Notes under the pieces: generated by a model
Seen by the model: the letters and a program-made list of their open reading frames with translations, nothing else
Told to the model about the DNA's origin: nothing
The model's database searches: none
Program-made: the position numbers and the translations under genes
Shown: positions 61,105 through 64,000 of the stretch, piece by piece
Layout of the letters: every line of letters starts with the position of its first letter
Numbering within the stretch: the first letter of the stretch is position 1
DNA from: Phallusia mammillata
Taxonomy: Eukaryota
Reading direction: 5' to 3'
Length of the DNA: 64,000 nt
Assembly: GCA_965637545.1 (NCBI GenBank)
Contig: OZ281498.1
Location: 5,890,001 to 5,954,000, forward strand

Positions 61105-61156
61105 TCACTAAATCACTTGGTAAAAAAAAAACAAGAAAAAGGTACAATTGCAAACG

Positions 61157-62596
<1,440 letters not shown>

Positions 62597-64000
62597 GTCA
62601 CATGACTTAGAAAAACTAACTTCAATGATTTCGGTCTTCACAACAAAAGTGATTTTCTGATCGCAATGGTTGCGTTTGTTTAAGCTCAGAAGCCATTCAT
62701 TCAGAAGTTGGTCGTGCCTTGCCTTGCCTTCTTCTTTCGCATGTTTTCCTTGTCACGACTGAAAGCATTCGCTGGCCTTTGTACATTTCTATGAAACTAT
62801 CGCACATACTAGTCATTCGCTTTGTGAACGGCGACGAACGTATCAGACTAATTGTTAGGTTGTACTTTTACCTTAGCAGTGGTCGTCACCTAGTTCGTCC
62901 AAGTAGTTTAGTTTAGTTTGTGAGATCGGCGACTTTTGTTGTAAAACTGTATCTGTTGTACGACTAGCATGTGTGCGTGTTTGCCTGTTTTGCTTCTGTG
63001 TTTGGCTTATGTTGCCGATATTTTTTTGGCTTGAAGAGCCGTAACCAATCACTATATGTCACGTATTAGTTACTGTTTTGTAGCTTATGTCTAGTGCAGG
63101 GAAAAAAATTAAACAAAGTTTTTTTGTAAAGCTACTTAAACCCATTATTCAAAACTTTAAACAATTGGGATTTTTTGTTATCTATAGATATACAAGCATT
63201 ATGTAATCTACAAAACGGTTGTGACATATTTCATAATAGTTGTATCATGCCTGGTACAGCTACTTAGTTACAACATTTTAGTCTGTTGAATCAAGATTTT
63301 GCCCCAAATTTGATCATCTACTCAAGTGTTTATTTGACAAAATTGGTTATCCATTGGTTTAGAATCAGCTTGTATTGATGTGTATGTATTCAAAGCCTAT
63401 GACCAATGATTCATAAACTGAATGCCCTTCTGTCTTTGTATGATGCATTTCTCAGCATGTTTATAGTTTTGTAGCAAATAATGTTTGCTGTTTGAATTAA
63501 GGATACATGACATATGACCATTGAATTGTGCACTTCTGCGGTACACCAACCAACTAAAAAAGTGTAAATTCAATTATTTAATAACTCCAATGTGTTACTC
63601 TCTTTGGTTGTAAATAAGGTCAAAATGAAGCTATGGTGTTATGTCGTGCACACCTATGTTTCACCACCAAGCACATAGCATAAGATAAAAGTTGCACTTA
63701 AATACTGTGTTACTCAAGTTGGAATTATCTAGCGGTATACACTTTAAGAATATCTGATCTATATTGATGATGGTCAAAACAGAAAACAATCATTAAACTG
63801 TTTTACCAGAATAAGCAACAGATCAATCTTATACATGCGCTGAAAGTTTTTCATAATCTTTAATGTCATTTTTAGTGTTATGTGTAAAATAAAATGTAAA
63901 GAAATGAAGTGTATAATATAACCCCCCAAAAATTAGCATTGGCTGATGTATGACTTGATTCACCCAGCCAGTGTCAGCAAATAATGTTTGAATGGGCTAT

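Overview
Compact, AT-rich eukaryotic (invertebrate chordate) genomic DNA with mostly 50-100 nt GT-AG introns. It is probably an ascidian/tunicate, but that is an inference. No CRISPR, rRNA or tRNA was found. Genes left to right: PCCB (-, runs off the left edge); an intronless 923-aa protein of four EF-hand repeats (-); intronless GHITM (+); PCID2 (-); DYNLT2B/TCTEX1D2 (+); a ~17-kb BCOR gene (-) whose first coding intron contains an intronless PTPN1/2 gene (+) and an orphan ankyrin-like exon; a ~12-kb gene-free region; PDCD10 (-); an intronless CAP-Gly gene (-); an atypical BOK-like Bcl-2 gene (+); intronless POLR3E (+); a TPR protein resembling FANCG (+); LZIC (-). Eleven non-autonomous hAT-type elements are present, several with perfect 8-bp target-site duplications. 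Best leads: a probable retro-relocation pattern (intronless genes are also the ones outside the ancestral linkage group), the nested PTP plus a frame-compatible ankyrin exon inside BCOR, a BOK with a degenerate BH3 and a ~235-aa N-terminal extension, a candidate tunicate FANCG, and candidate trans-spliced operons. Exon models were built by hand from splice signals and recalled homologue sequences; no database search was run.
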